This document shows, one piece after another, positions 1 to 8,967 of a DNA stretch of 64,000 nucleotides (positions are counted from its first letter, which is position 1; every line of letters begins with the position of its first letter). The notes beneath the pieces were generated by a model. It did no database searches, was not told the origin of the DNA, and saw nothing but the letters and a program-made list of their open reading frames with translations. The position numbers were made by a program, and so were the translations under genes. The stretch is from an uncultured bacterium (GTDB lineage Bacteria > Verrucomicrobiota > Verrucomicrobiia > Verrucomicrobiales > DEV007), in contig CAXBMO010000014.1 in assembly GCA_963977015.1 (NCBI GenBank), positions 1-64,000 of the forward strand, given 5' to 3'.

Positions 1-59
1 TTTGTTAGGTTAAAGCAGAACTTCAGTTTTCAAGTGTCCATTTTTCGGGAAACAGCTCA
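1..59 (-). mobile_element. Terminus of an IS3-family-like insertion sequence (element continues beyond window start)
   Basis: Minus strand reads TGAGCTGTTTCCCGAAAAATGGACAC from 59, an IS3-type 5'-TG...GGAC terminal repeat; the WD40 repeat pattern breaks exactly here (SWDGTL|SCFPKNGH). Confidence 0.6.
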
Positions 60-3000
60 GGGTCCCGTCCCATGAATCGGACAGGATTTGAGAGCCTTCC
101 GCATTGTATGCAACATTACTAACGGTGGACGAATGTCCTTCAAGGGTTCTGATGAGTTCTCCCGTTGTTGCATTATGCAGGTAAATTTTATTGTCCCATG
201 CCCCGGAAAGAATTTGGGTGCCATCCGGACTGAAGACTATGCATTCGGTTTTGGAATGGTTATCAATTGTTTTGAGTAGTTGACCGCTTTTGGCATTCCA
301 TAGTTTGATCGGACTCTCATAGGCGCAAGAAAGGAAACGCGAACCATCTGGGCTGAACGCTAGGCTCCGAATCATTTCGGAGTGTCCTTTGAGAGTTCCT
401 TGAAGCCTGCCTGTATTGGCATCCCATACCTTTATGCTTTTATCTCTCGACCCGGAGATAATCTGATTGCCGTCAGGGCTAAAGTGGGCGTCAACTACAG
501 AGTCAGAGTGTCCCTCAAGTGTCTGGAGCAGGGTCCCGGTTTTGGCTTCCCAGATCTTAATCTTGGTATCATCCGAAGCGGATAGGAATTGTCTTCCGTC
601 TGGACTGAATGACACTCGGTTTACAGCGCCTACGTGCGCTTCTTTTTGTTCTTGGGGTTCTTCGATCTGGACCTTCCAAAGTCTAATCGAGCTATCACTA
701 TAGTCCGATCCGGAGATGAATCGTGTCCCATCGGGGCTAAAAGCTACGCAAGTGACTGAGGCAGAATGAGCATTGAAGCTTTGGAGAAGGTTTCCCGATG
801 GCGTATCCCATACGTGAACAGTGTTATCTCGGCAACCACAGACAATCTTAGAACCATCTGGATTGAATGCCAAGCTCAAGACCGGAGAATTTGCATCAAA
901 CGATTGGAGCAGCGTCCCAGTGTTTCTTTCCCATAGCCAAATGATACTGTCCGCGGCACCTGACGCCACGTTGGTTCCGTCGGGACTGAAAGCTACACTG
1001 AAGACGGGGCCGGTGTGTGCTTGGACGCTGTGCAGAAGATGCCCTGTTTTGGCGTCCCATAAATTGACGGTTTGATCCCAGGAGCCAGAGGCAATATGCT
1101 GACTGTCAGGACTGAATGCTACTGAGTATACGGCTGCAGAGTGTCCTTCCAAAGTCAGGATTAGCTTGAAAGTATTGGCGTCCCATAGCTTTACCGTGCC
1201 GTCGTCAGATCCGGTGAGAAACCGGGTTTGATCAGGACTGAAGGTGATTTCCCTTATAGGGCTTGAATGGGCTTCAATAGTATCAAGCAGTCGCCCACTT
1301 TTTATATCCCAAAGCCTTAATCTTTTATTACCAGAGATGATCTTTGTGCCATCTGGATGGAGCGCGGCACAATAGACAGAGGTTGAATCATCTTTGAATG
1401 TTTGGAGAAGCTTATCTGTCGCGACGTCCCATAACTTGATAGTCCCATCCCACGAACTAGATAAAAATTGAGAACCATCGGGATCGAATTCGACACTGCG
1501 AACAGACCCTGAATGCCCTGCAAAAGTCCGGATTAGTTTCTCCGGTTTCAATTTCTGAATCTTAATCGTGTTGCTCGCAGAACCAGAAAGAACCTGAGTC
1601 CCATCTGGACTAAACGCTAGGCTCTCTACAGAGCCAAAGTGCCCTTCAAGGGGATGGACCATCTGTCCACTAGTTGTATCCCAAAGCTTGATCTTGTCAT
1701 CTGACGAGCCAGAGAGAAATTTTTTTCCATCTGGGGAGAATGCCACACAATTGACAGGGGCAGAATGTGCCATCATATTATTAAGGAGGAGTTTTCCAGA
1801 TGTTAGATCCCACAACTTTATATCATTGCCAGAGGAGCCTGAAAGCAGTTTATTTCCGTCAGGGCTAAAAACTACGCTGGAGACCTGTTTAGCATTTAGA
1901 GTCTGGAGAAGTTTTCCTGATTCTGCCTCCCACAATTTAAGCAATCCCTTGGCAGAAGCAGAAACGATTGAATTGCCATCAGGGCTAAATGCCACGCTGC
2001 TAATCCTGTCGGCTCCAAGTAAGATCTGCTGTAGGTCCCCTGTTTCTGAATCCCATAGCTTAAGAGTCTTATCCGTAGAACCGGAAACAAAGTGCGTCCC
2101 GTTCGGGCTGAAGCTGATGGCGTTGACGCTTGAAAGGTGTGCTTCTAACGTCTGCAGTAGCCTTCCTGTTTCTGTGTCCCACCTTTTGATTGTCTTGTCA
2201 GAGGAACCAGAAAGAATTTGAGTGCCATCGGGGCTGAAGGCAACGTCGTTCACAGGCCCAGAATGCCCGGTTAATCGTTTTAGGAGGCTACCTGTATTGG
2301 CATCCCACAACTTAATAGTATGGTCTTCAGAACAGGATAAGATTTGTGTGCTATCTGGACTATAGACCACACCCGTGACCTTACCTGTATGGTGTGCTAA
2401 TTGCGGGCTCGACCAAATCAAGATTGGGGGGTGAACCATCCCCTCGGCCCGATTAATAAGATCTTCGGCCTCTCGAAACTCCGCCTCATCGAGATGAGGG
2501 TCTAACCGCTGTGAAGGAACGGTATCCCAAAATGGATCATCGGAGTTATCCGGCCCATATATCCGCAATCCATCAAGCTTTGGAGTCCCGCGGAATGTAA
2601 TTGCTTTTGCTGCGAATATTTGCCTTGCGGGATAGTTCTCAAGTTTGGCTTTCTGAAGCCAATATCTCCCTGATTCCCGAAGCGCTTGCCGTTCATTTTC
2701 TTCGGCAACCTCTAGGTTTGATTGAGCCGTTCTACGTTCCTGCAGTGCCCAAGCTGTCAACCCTGCGAAAGCAATTATAAGGGACAAAGATACCGTCCCC
2801 AACACCGCTCGACCCCGGCGCACCGCTCTTTCGTGTCTTCGGTAAACTTGATCAAAATCTAACTGCGCTATTCCGGCAAAAATTTTAAGAAATCCGCGCC
2901 GCTTTCCATCGCCTTCCTTGCGCAGATCCCCCGCGATGGGTTCGACCGGCTCGCGCAGAGCTGGCGGAAAACATTCTGTTGTAGGATCGCCGCTGTTTGG

Positions 3001-3348
3001 CTCTCCTTGAAGGATCAGAGCGAGGATGTTGCGGCTCTTCCCCATTGCTTGGAAATTCTCGATTTCTTGATTTACCCACTTTGACTTGGCCGAATGCGGT
3101 GAACAAAGCACAATAAGGTATCGTGAATTTTGAAGTGCTTCGGTTACCTTGGCTCCGAGGTCATCCGAGCCAGGCAGTTCGTCTCGGTCGCGGAAAATTG
3201 GGCGGAGGTATTTCCCTAACTCGGCACCATCAGGAAACACCCGTCCCCGTAAGTCTTTGGGGATGGGATAGTTCTCCAATTTTTTCCGTAGCCACTTGCC
3301 CCACTTTCGATCTCGGCTCGAGTAGGAAATAAATGCCCAATACTTCAT
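10..3348 (-). CDS. TIR domain - transmembrane helix - WD40 repeat protein (19 repeats, 3'-truncated)
   Basis: N-terminal AFISYS...IFRD...SRYLIVLCSP...WVNQEI (TIR), hydrophobic VLGTVSLSLIIAFAGLTAWAL, then 19 GH-x-V-xx-V-x-FSPDG...SGS-D-T-KLWD repeats. Confidence 0.92.
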   Translation of the reverse strand: MKYWAFISYSSRDRKWGKWLRKKLENYPIPKDLRGRVFPDGAELGKYLRPIFRDRDELPGSDDLGAKVTEALQNSRYLIVLCSPHSAKSKWVNQEIENFQAMGKSRNILALILQGEPNSGDPTTECFPPALREPVEPIAGDLRKEGDGKRRGFLKIFAGIAQLDFDQVYRRHERAVRRGRAVLGTVSLSLIIAFAGLTAWALQERRTAQSNLEVAEENERQALRESGRYWLQKAKLENYPARQIFAAKAITFRGTPKLDGLRIYGPDNSDDPFWDTVPSQRLDPHLDEAEFREAEDLINRAEGMVHPPILIWSSPQLAHHTGKVTGVVYSPDSTQILSCSEDHTIKLWDANTGSLLKRLTGHSGPVNDVAFSPDGTQILSGSSDKTIKRWDTETGRLLQTLEAHLSSVNAISFSPNGTHFVSGSTDKTLKLWDSETGDLQQILLGADRISSVAFSPDGNSIVSASAKGLLKLWEAESGKLLQTLNAKQVSSVVFSPDGNKLLSGSSGNDIKLWDLTSGKLLLNNMMAHSAPVNCVAFSPDGKKFLSGSSDDKIKLWDTTSGQMVHPLEGHFGSVESLAFSPDGTQVLSGSASNTIKIQKLKPEKLIRTFAGHSGSVRSVEFDPDGSQFLSSSWDGTIKLWDVATDKLLQTFKDDSTSVYCAALHPDGTKIISGNKRLRLWDIKSGRLLDTIEAHSSPIREITFSPDQTRFLTGSDDGTVKLWDANTFKLILTLEGHSAAVYSVAFSPDSQHIASGSWDQTVNLWDAKTGHLLHSVQAHTGPVFSVAFSPDGTNVASGAADSIIWLWERNTGTLLQSFDANSPVLSLAFNPDGSKIVCGCRDNTVHVWDTPSGNLLQSFNAHSASVTCVAFSPDGTRFISGSDYSDSSIRLWKVQIEEPQEQKEAHVGAVNRVSFSPDGRQFLSASDDTKIKIWEAKTGTLLQTLEGHSDSVVDAHFSPDGNQIISGSRDKSIKVWDANTGRLQGTLKGHSEMIRSLAFSPDGSRFLSCAYESPIKLWNAKSGQLLKTIDNHSKTECIVFSPDGTQILSGAWDNKIYLHNATTGELIRTLEGHSSTVSNVAYNAEGSQILSDSWDGTLSCFPKNGHLKTEVLL

Positions 3349-3577
3349 AGCAGATAAAAATCCATTTAGAGCAAGATCTCAAGCCCTCGTCAATCTTTGA
3401 AGCTTCGTGCCTCGCCACTGGTGTCAAAGAATACGTTCCTTAAATGAAACCGGCTCGAGTTCCCTGAACGTTCATAACGCGATGAATATGAGAGAGGGTT
3501 TCAGAAACTCGTCTTATAAATCAAAGTCCAAAAAACCAGTGAGCAGATGAGTTTCTGAGACCGTAGTGGACTGCGGG

Positions 3578-3595
3578 TTTTGGGGAAACAGCTCA
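3578..3595 (-). repeat. Second copy of the IS-like terminus
   Basis: ttttggggaaacagctca (3578-3595) matches ttttcgggaaacagctca (42-59) at 17/18 positions, same orientation. Confidence 0.6.
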
Positions 3596-3685
3596 AGGCG
3601 AGGGAGCCGATAGCGAAAGAAAACCCACCTCAAGAAAGTGGCAGGTTTTCCCGATGACCTCCTGGGGTCATCAACTCATGTAGGC

Positions 3686-5185
3686 CTAGCCGAGATCGAG
3701 CTTTCGCTTTCCATTCGGTGGGCGATCAGCGTGGGTGGCGTTGCGGGCTTTTCCTTTCGCCCAATGCCGAAGCCTTTCGATGGGTTCAGCCATGGAGGTG
3801 GCCAAGGGAACGAAGTCGCAGAGGATTTCGCCCAGATCGAGATCGGTCGGTTCCCGGTTTTCGCTAAAGGCTCGATGGAGAGCTTCAATGAACGCGGCTT
3901 CGACTTCGGCACCAGTATGGAGCTCGCAGGCCCGGGCTAGGGCCACGGTATCGTAGTCGAGCTTATCACGACCGTATTTTTCGATCACAATGTCCCAGAT
4001 CGCAGTACGCTCTTGTTGGTTGGGGAGGTCGACAAACCAAAGCTCATCCCATCTCCCTTTGCGCAGCAACTCCGGTGGTAGTTTGGAGACATCATTTGCG
4101 GTTGCGACGATGAAAACGGGCTTCGTCTTTTCCTGAAGCCAATTGAGCAGCGAACCAAAGACTCGGGCACTGGTGCCACCATCGGTCGAGCCGCTCGAAC
4201 TGGAGCTACCCGCGAATCCCTTTTCAAGTTCGTCGATCCACAAGACGCAGGGAGCGATCGCTTCAGCGGTCTGAATGACCGACCTGAGGTTGGCTTCGGA
4301 TTGCCCGACGATACCGCCGAAGAGTTTGCCAACATCCAGCCTGAGCAGAGGGACGGCAAAGACACTGGCGGTTGCTTTCGCGGTTAGTGACTTTCCGCTC
4401 CCGGGCACACCCGTGACTAGCATCCCTTTGGAGCTTGGCAGGCCGTATTCGCGAGCCCGCTTGCCGAACGCTTCACGGCGCTGAAGGAGCCAGTTTTTGA
4501 GATTCGCCAACCCTCCGATGTCATTAAGACTCGTGGTCGTATTGATAACTTCCAAAAGGCCTGCGTTTTGCAGTGTGTGAGCCTTTTCTCGAGCAACCAC
4601 AGGGGCCGTGATCTGCCCGGTTTCAACGACGGACAACGCCAGCGCGTTTTCAGCTTCCATCGTGGTGAGACCAGATGCGGCATCAACGATCGCCTCAAGG
4701 TCTTTGGTCTTGTCGAGAGAAGCGGATTGTCGAATTCCTTCGATGACATCGAGCAACTGATCTCTTCCGGGGAGGTCGAGGTCGATCCGCGTGATCTCTC
4801 GTTCCAGTTCAGCGGGGAGAGGGCGCCAGATGCCGAGTAGGACGAGGAGTTTGCCTTCTCCTTTGGCGTGATGGAGGGTGTCACGAAGCTTTCGGATGAG
4901 GAACGGATCCTTGTCCTGCAACAACATTCCGAGATCATGGAGAAGGACGATGCAGGAACCTTCGATGGTTTCCACATGGGTTAACGCATCGACGGGATCG
5001 GGACAATCACGGATCGTCCCACTCCCGGTATCCACAAAGCCGTTGGTCAGGCTCCAGGAAAAGAGGGGGCGTTCGAGATCTTGGGCGGCAGCCAGGACTT
5101 CTGCTTCCGCTCGGGTCTCTTCCGGAGTACACAAAAAAAGGCCGGCATAACCGGCCCTCGCATAGCGAATGAGATGTTCTTTCAT
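3686..5185 (-). CDS. AAA+ ATPase, Ycf46-like
   Basis: Walker A GVPGSGKS, Walker B VLWIDE, ATAN sensor, [13 protein letters not shown]; degenerate N-terminal AAA-like domain; start at MKEHLIRY overlaps upstream stop (ATGA). Confidence 0.9.
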   Translation of the reverse strand: MKEHLIRYARAGYAGLFLCTPEETRAEAEVLAAAQDLERPLFSWSLTNGFVDTGSGTIRDCPDPVDALTHVETIEGSCIVLLHDLGMLLQDKDPFLIRKLRDTLHHAKGEGKLLVLLGIWRPLPAELEREITRIDLDLPGRDQLLDVIEGIRQSASLDKTKDLEAIVDAASGLTTMEAENALALSVVETGQITAPVVAREKAHTLQNAGLLEVINTTTSLNDIGGLANLKNWLLQRREAFGKRAREYGLPSSKGMLVTGVPGSGKSLTAKATASVFAVPLLRLDVGKLFGGIVGQSEANLRSVIQTAEAIAPCVLWIDELEKGFAGSSSSSGSTDGGTSARVFGSLLNWLQEKTKPVFIVATANDVSKLPPELLRKGRWDELWFVDLPNQQERTAIWDIVIEKYGRDKLDYDTVALARACELHTGAEVEAAFIEALHRAFSENREPTDLDLGEILCDFVPLATSMAEPIERLRHWAKGKARNATHADRPPNGKRKLDLG

Positions 5186-5475
5186 GTTGATGAAGTTGGT
5201 TGTTGGTATTCGTGTTTGGGAGTTGGGTTTTCGGGTTGATTGAAGGCTTGCCGTTCCCATTCAAGGCAGGTTTTCCGAGAGCTGTGGGCGAACAGCTTGT
5301 GACCGGTGAAATCGAAGACTTCCCACTGCTGAGTAATCTCGTTGAACTCAACGTTGGAGGCTCGGGTGATTTCCAGACGACCGATCTGTTGGAGGTCGAT
5401 CGCTTCGGTATAAAGCCCGGCTCCAGTGCCATCGGCGGTAAAATGGATGACATGAGGAATGGGGGAGGCGCTCAC
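5182..5475 (-). CDS. Small hypothetical protein of the AAA operon
   Basis: 97 aa ORF overlapping both neighbours by 4 nt; RASNVEFNEITQQWEV segment. Confidence 0.7.
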   Translation of the reverse strand: MSASPIPHVIHFTADGTGAGLYTEAIDLQQIGRLEITRASNVEFNEITQQWEVFDFTGHKLFAHSSRKTCLEWERQAFNQPENPTPKHEYQQPTSST

Positions 5476-5681
5476 GATTGCACCTCCTGCTGGTTTGAGA
5501 TGATGTGAGGGGAACGCCGATACCGATCTCGGGTTTGTTCACGATGTTTCACATTGCCGAGAGCCGTTTCGAGAAACGCGGTAGCCTCCTCGCAGGTTGA
5601 ACCTGTGTAGCCTTTGGCATCGATCCGGATATCTCCTTCGGGAGTGATCGTGACCATGATTTGTTGCTGGGGGTGATTCAT
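5472..5681 (-). CDS. DUF2997 family protein
   Basis: IMVTITPEGDIRIDAKGYTGSTCEEATAFLETALG matches the DUF2997 pattern; next to DUF1257 and Ycf46-like genes. Confidence 0.8.
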   Translation of the reverse strand: MNHPQQQIMVTITPEGDIRIDAKGYTGSTCEEATAFLETALGNVKHREQTRDRYRRSPHIISNQQEVQS

Positions 5682-5696
5682 TGGTTGGTGGATGAA

Positions 5697-6077
5697 TTAG
5701 TGAGGTTGGGTAAGGGTTAGCTTGATGGAGCCATCTTGCTCCTGATGGCGACGGACTCGGAGACGCTTCGTTCGAGCTTCGCGGATCGTCTTGTGAACGC
5801 CGTAGAGTTGAAGCAGTCGACCGAAGTTGGGGCCGACTTCTTCGCGGACGTGACCGCCCCACCAGTCGGTGACCAGTTGATAGGTTCCGTCCTCTTGGCG
5901 ATCAGCTGCGATGTCGTAAGGACCTTTGAGCCGAACGACGTAGGCTGCCGCGCGCGAGTTGCTTGCGAAACCACGGGCTTCGGCGTTTTGAAGGAGTTCA
6001 AGACCGAGTTCATCGCAGGCTTCTCGCAGAGCTGGGATGTCGCGGATCTGAGTTTGGATCGTTGTGAAATGTGACAT
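5697..6077 (-). CDS. DUF1257 (Ycf35-like) family protein
   Basis: MSHFTTIQTQIRD...L..ACDELG, DGTYQLVTDWW, DGSIKLTL. Confidence 0.85.
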   Translation of the reverse strand: MSHFTTIQTQIRDIPALREACDELGLELLQNAEARGFASNSRAAAYVVRLKGPYDIAADRQEDGTYQLVTDWWGGHVREEVGPNFGRLLQLYGVHKTIREARTKRLRVRRHQEQDGSIKLTLTQPH

Positions 6078-6142
6078 GATGATTTTAAGTTTGGTTTGGT
6101 TTGGGTTGTAAGGTTGAGGTTGTTTGGTTGGTCGATATTAAT

Positions 6143-6268
6143 GCAGTCCTTCGAGGCTAAGCTTTGTTTTGGTAGGGTGCGTTAGGTCGCGCCTTGGTTC
6201 CGCTTATCACAGTTGTGTGGCATGGAGAGAAAGCTCCGGCGCTGAACACAATTCTCTCGAAGGACTGC
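6143..6268 (-). ncRNA. Candidate structured RNA (multi-branch fold) in operon spacer
   Basis: Perfect 13-bp closing inverted repeat gcagtccttcgag/ctcgaaggactgc enclosing nested stems TTGTGT/ACACAA, GGAG/CTCC, TAAGC/GCTTA, GGCGCG/CGCACC. Confidence 0.45.
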
Positions 6269-6314
6269 TTTTTTTGCAGCAGAAGTGAGGGAGAGGGGAG
6301 GGGAGGATAGGAGG

Positions 6315-7361
6315 TTACCCTGCGAGTTGGAGTTTGCGCCGACCAAGCTGGCCAAAACGTTCCACCATCTCGTGGGCGCTTTGACTGGCGAGATCCGCTG
6401 CATGGTTGCGCAGGTCAGTGAGCCCCTTTTCCAGCGATCGGGTCGCGATGGGATTCCCACGGTAGTCCTCGGCGGTGCGGTCAAGCAGACGTTTCCTTAC
6501 CTGATCGAGCTGTTGCTCCATCTGTTGATCGTTGGCGAAATTCATCTGCTTGAAACCATCGATAAACTTCACCAGCCGATTGAGGGTTCGTTGATGGACG
6601 CCGTCGGTCTTGCCGCTATGCATTGCTGACAACATCTCATCACAAAGTTGAGCGGTTTGTTGACGCAATACAGTGACGCACTCGCCAACGAAGGTCTCCA
6701 CGCCTTCTTGAATTTGGGTCGCAGCGGATTGGGCTGCCTCATGGCGTGCTCGGCGGATATCGTTTTGATCGGCAAAGCTGACCAACTCCATTCCGAGGCT
6801 TTCTGGGACCGCGACCTGAAAGAGGTGCACCTCAAAAGAGAATTTCTTCTCGATCGAGGCGCGGGTGGGAAACGAGGCTTGGATCTGAGCAAGAAATCGT
6901 TCCTGCTCGCCCCGACCTTGAACGATGGTTTCAGCTGCAGCTTGCCACTCTTCAAGAGCCTCAGCTCGCAAGGTGCGATACTCTTCAAGGAAGTGGCTGC
7001 GGGCTTGATGGAAGCTCTGTTCCTGGGAGGACAAGCGTTCCTGAGCTTCGATTAGTTTGCCGTTGGGCAGGAAGTGCCCGATCCCACCGAGGAATGGAAA
7101 CGTGCATTGATCAACCAGCGCATGAGTGCGCGACTCGATCAGGGCGAGTTCTGCGAGAGCCTCCTTCGGAAGGAGACGTTTGTGCCCCAGGCTCATGAGC
7201 CGGTCGCTCACCTGTTCTTCGCCCAAGCCAAGGTCGGCAGCCTTGAGTTTCTTGTGAAAGCGAGGGTAGCGGACGCTGACGTTGATGAGCACACCTTCGC
7301 GAGTTAGGACATCAAGGAGAAGGGAAGGTTGGTTCGTTGGATGGTTTGAATGAGGATTCAT
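6315..7361 (-). CDS. DUF3150-like protein
   Basis: 348 aa helical protein, LMSLGHKRLLPKEAL...FPFLGG..HFLP pattern resembling DUF3150 mobile-element proteins. Confidence 0.7.
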   Translation of the reverse strand: MNPHSNHPTNQPSLLLDVLTREGVLINVSVRYPRFHKKLKAADLGLGEEQVSDRLMSLGHKRLLPKEALAELALIESRTHALVDQCTFPFLGGIGHFLPNGKLIEAQERLSSQEQSFHQARSHFLEEYRTLRAEALEEWQAAAETIVQGRGEQERFLAQIQASFPTRASIEKKFSFEVHLFQVAVPESLGMELVSFADQNDIRRARHEAAQSAATQIQEGVETFVGECVTVLRQQTAQLCDEMLSAMHSGKTDGVHQRTLNRLVKFIDGFKQMNFANDQQMEQQLDQVRKRLLDRTAEDYRGNPIATRSLEKGLTDLRNHAADLASQSAHEMVERFGQLGRRKLQLAG

Positions 7362-7555
7362 GTTTTTCTTGTCGTGTTATTGGTGTTGTATGCAGAAGAC
7401 CCGATGCCCTCGTTGGTGAGAGCATTGGGTTTTCCGTAGGTTGATTGTAGATCTTTGATTTCGTGGTTTTCGAAATCGATGAGGTTGGAAATGAAAGAGG
7501 GCCGGTTCAGTCACGAACCGACCCTCTTGTTTCTTGGTGGCCCTGCGTGGTGGCC

Positions 7556-8335
7556 CTAAGAATTGAGGGAGCCGCAGCGATCGAAGTAATCGCACCAAGC
7601 GCAGTGTTGGCCCGGGGACTTGATCCATGCTTCACGCGAGATACCGAGAAGGTAGTCATCGATGAGTTGATAGAGTTCTTCTTCGTGGTTCTTGGAGAGC
7701 GGGCCAAATGTGGAGACCACCAGTTTTGGGCTTCGACTTTTGATCAGATAATGAAGCTCGAACCCTCCTTCATTCCGACCGGTCGCATCGCGGTAAAGCA
7801 GAGCGTAGCAGGCGAGTTGAGTTGCGTGCTGATGAGCAACAAGCTTCCCAGAAGGAGCACGGGAACTGGATTTGTAGTCCACGATGACTCCGTTGGGTCG
7901 AATCAGATCAATGATCCCGAGCAAGGGCGGATAACCCTGTCTGCCGAGTTCAGCCTCAATCCGGACCTCTACACCTTCGGGCCTTTCCAAGAGCGGAACC
8001 GGCCCCTGGTCAAGATAGGTATCGAGGGTCTTCCAAGCTGCTTCCTTGATTTTGTCAGGATCGTCAGACGCCTTCCACAAGATGGTCTCACGTTTCAGGT
8101 TTTGGTTCCAGGAATCCTGAAACTCCGAGCGAAGCGTATCGCGGTCCGGAGATTCTCCCCGCCAGCGTGCCCAATTCCACCAGCGCAAAGCCTCATGGAT
8201 TTCCCGCCCCACAAACAGGGGAGGGGACAAGGGTGTTTCAATCTTCGCGATGTAACGAAAGTAGAATTGCCTCCGACAGGTCTGCCATGTCTTAAGGCGA
8301 GACGCACTGATGTAGGAGAGGATTTCGCGGTTCAT
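7556..8335 (-). CDS. PD-(D/E)XK nuclease, RecB/Cas4-like
   Basis: ISASRLKTWQTC, GIIDLI...IVDYKS, QLACYA, C-terminal CAWCDYFDRC (1+3 Cys pattern). Confidence 0.88.
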   Translation of the reverse strand: MNREILSYISASRLKTWQTCRRQFYFRYIAKIETPLSPPLFVGREIHEALRWWNWARWRGESPDRDTLRSEFQDSWNQNLKRETILWKASDDPDKIKEAAWKTLDTYLDQGPVPLLERPEGVEVRIEAELGRQGYPPLLGIIDLIRPNGVIVDYKSSSRAPSGKLVAHQHATQLACYALLYRDATGRNEGGFELHYLIKSRSPKLVVSTFGPLSKNHEEELYQLIDDYLLGISREAWIKSPGQHCAWCDYFDRCGSLNS

Positions 8336-8865
8336 GGCTCTCCTGTCGGTTGACGATGTGAACCATTTGATCCCCTCGAGCCGACCTTCACTGCGTCTTT
8401 CCCGGTTTGTTCCAGTAAGTCACTGATCAAACCGGAAGCAGAGAGTTTGTTCAACTTTGCGGCGGGAAGGCGAAACAACTGTTGGGATCGTTGGTCGACC
8501 TGTTCCGCCGAGAGTTGCAACTCTCCTGCCAGTTGTCGGATCAGTTGACGCTGCTTTGGCGTGCATTGCCAGGTGGAGGAAGAGTTTTGGTTGCGGTTGT
8601 TGTGATGACGGGGATTGCCGTTAGGGTTTCCGTTTCCAGCGCTAGGCGTTGATGCTTCGAGTCCATAGACTTCATCTGGAACGAAACCCGTCTGTTGGAT
8701 TTCACGATCGACTGCCGTTTGTAAGAGGTGATAGAGCCGCGCGATTTCTCCCGGCACACGTTCGAGGTCGGTTAACTCCGTCTGAACTGAGACGCTGAAC
8801 TGGTGTGAGCTGTAGCCGGGAAGGCCAAGGCGTTTGGCATAGTTGGAGATAAGGGTAATAGCCAT
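8332..8865 (-). CDS. Hypothetical mobile-element protein
   Basis: 177 aa ORF overlapping nuclease start; N-terminal KRLGLPGYSSHQF domain, low-complexity linker, C-terminal TPKQ helical domain. Confidence 0.7.
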   Translation of the reverse strand: MAITLISNYAKRLGLPGYSSHQFSVSVQTELTDLERVPGEIARLYHLLQTAVDREIQQTGFVPDEVYGLEASTPSAGNGNPNGNPRHHNNRNQNSSSTWQCTPKQRQLIRQLAGELQLSAEQVDQRSQQLFRLPAAKLNKLSASGLISDLLEQTGKDAVKVGSRGSNGSHRQPTGEP

Positions 8866-8967
8866 GATGATATAGATTGATGGTTGATGTACGCGCGAAG
8901 ACCCGGGGCGTTATTCGCTGTCCGGGCCCTCGCGCAGGTGTTGTTGCTATTGTTGTTTGGTTTCTTG

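Noticed and set aside
60-2400. Diversity-generating or DNA-level repeat array in WD40 region
   Set aside because: Repeats are diverged at nucleotide level; no template repeat or reverse transcriptase seen.
6143-6268. Retron msr-msd
   Set aside because: Closing inverted repeat is similar, but there is no reverse transcriptase in the window.
7556-8335. Cas4 of a CRISPR system
   Set aside because: No cas1/cas2 or array; standalone RecB-like nuclease is more parsimonious.
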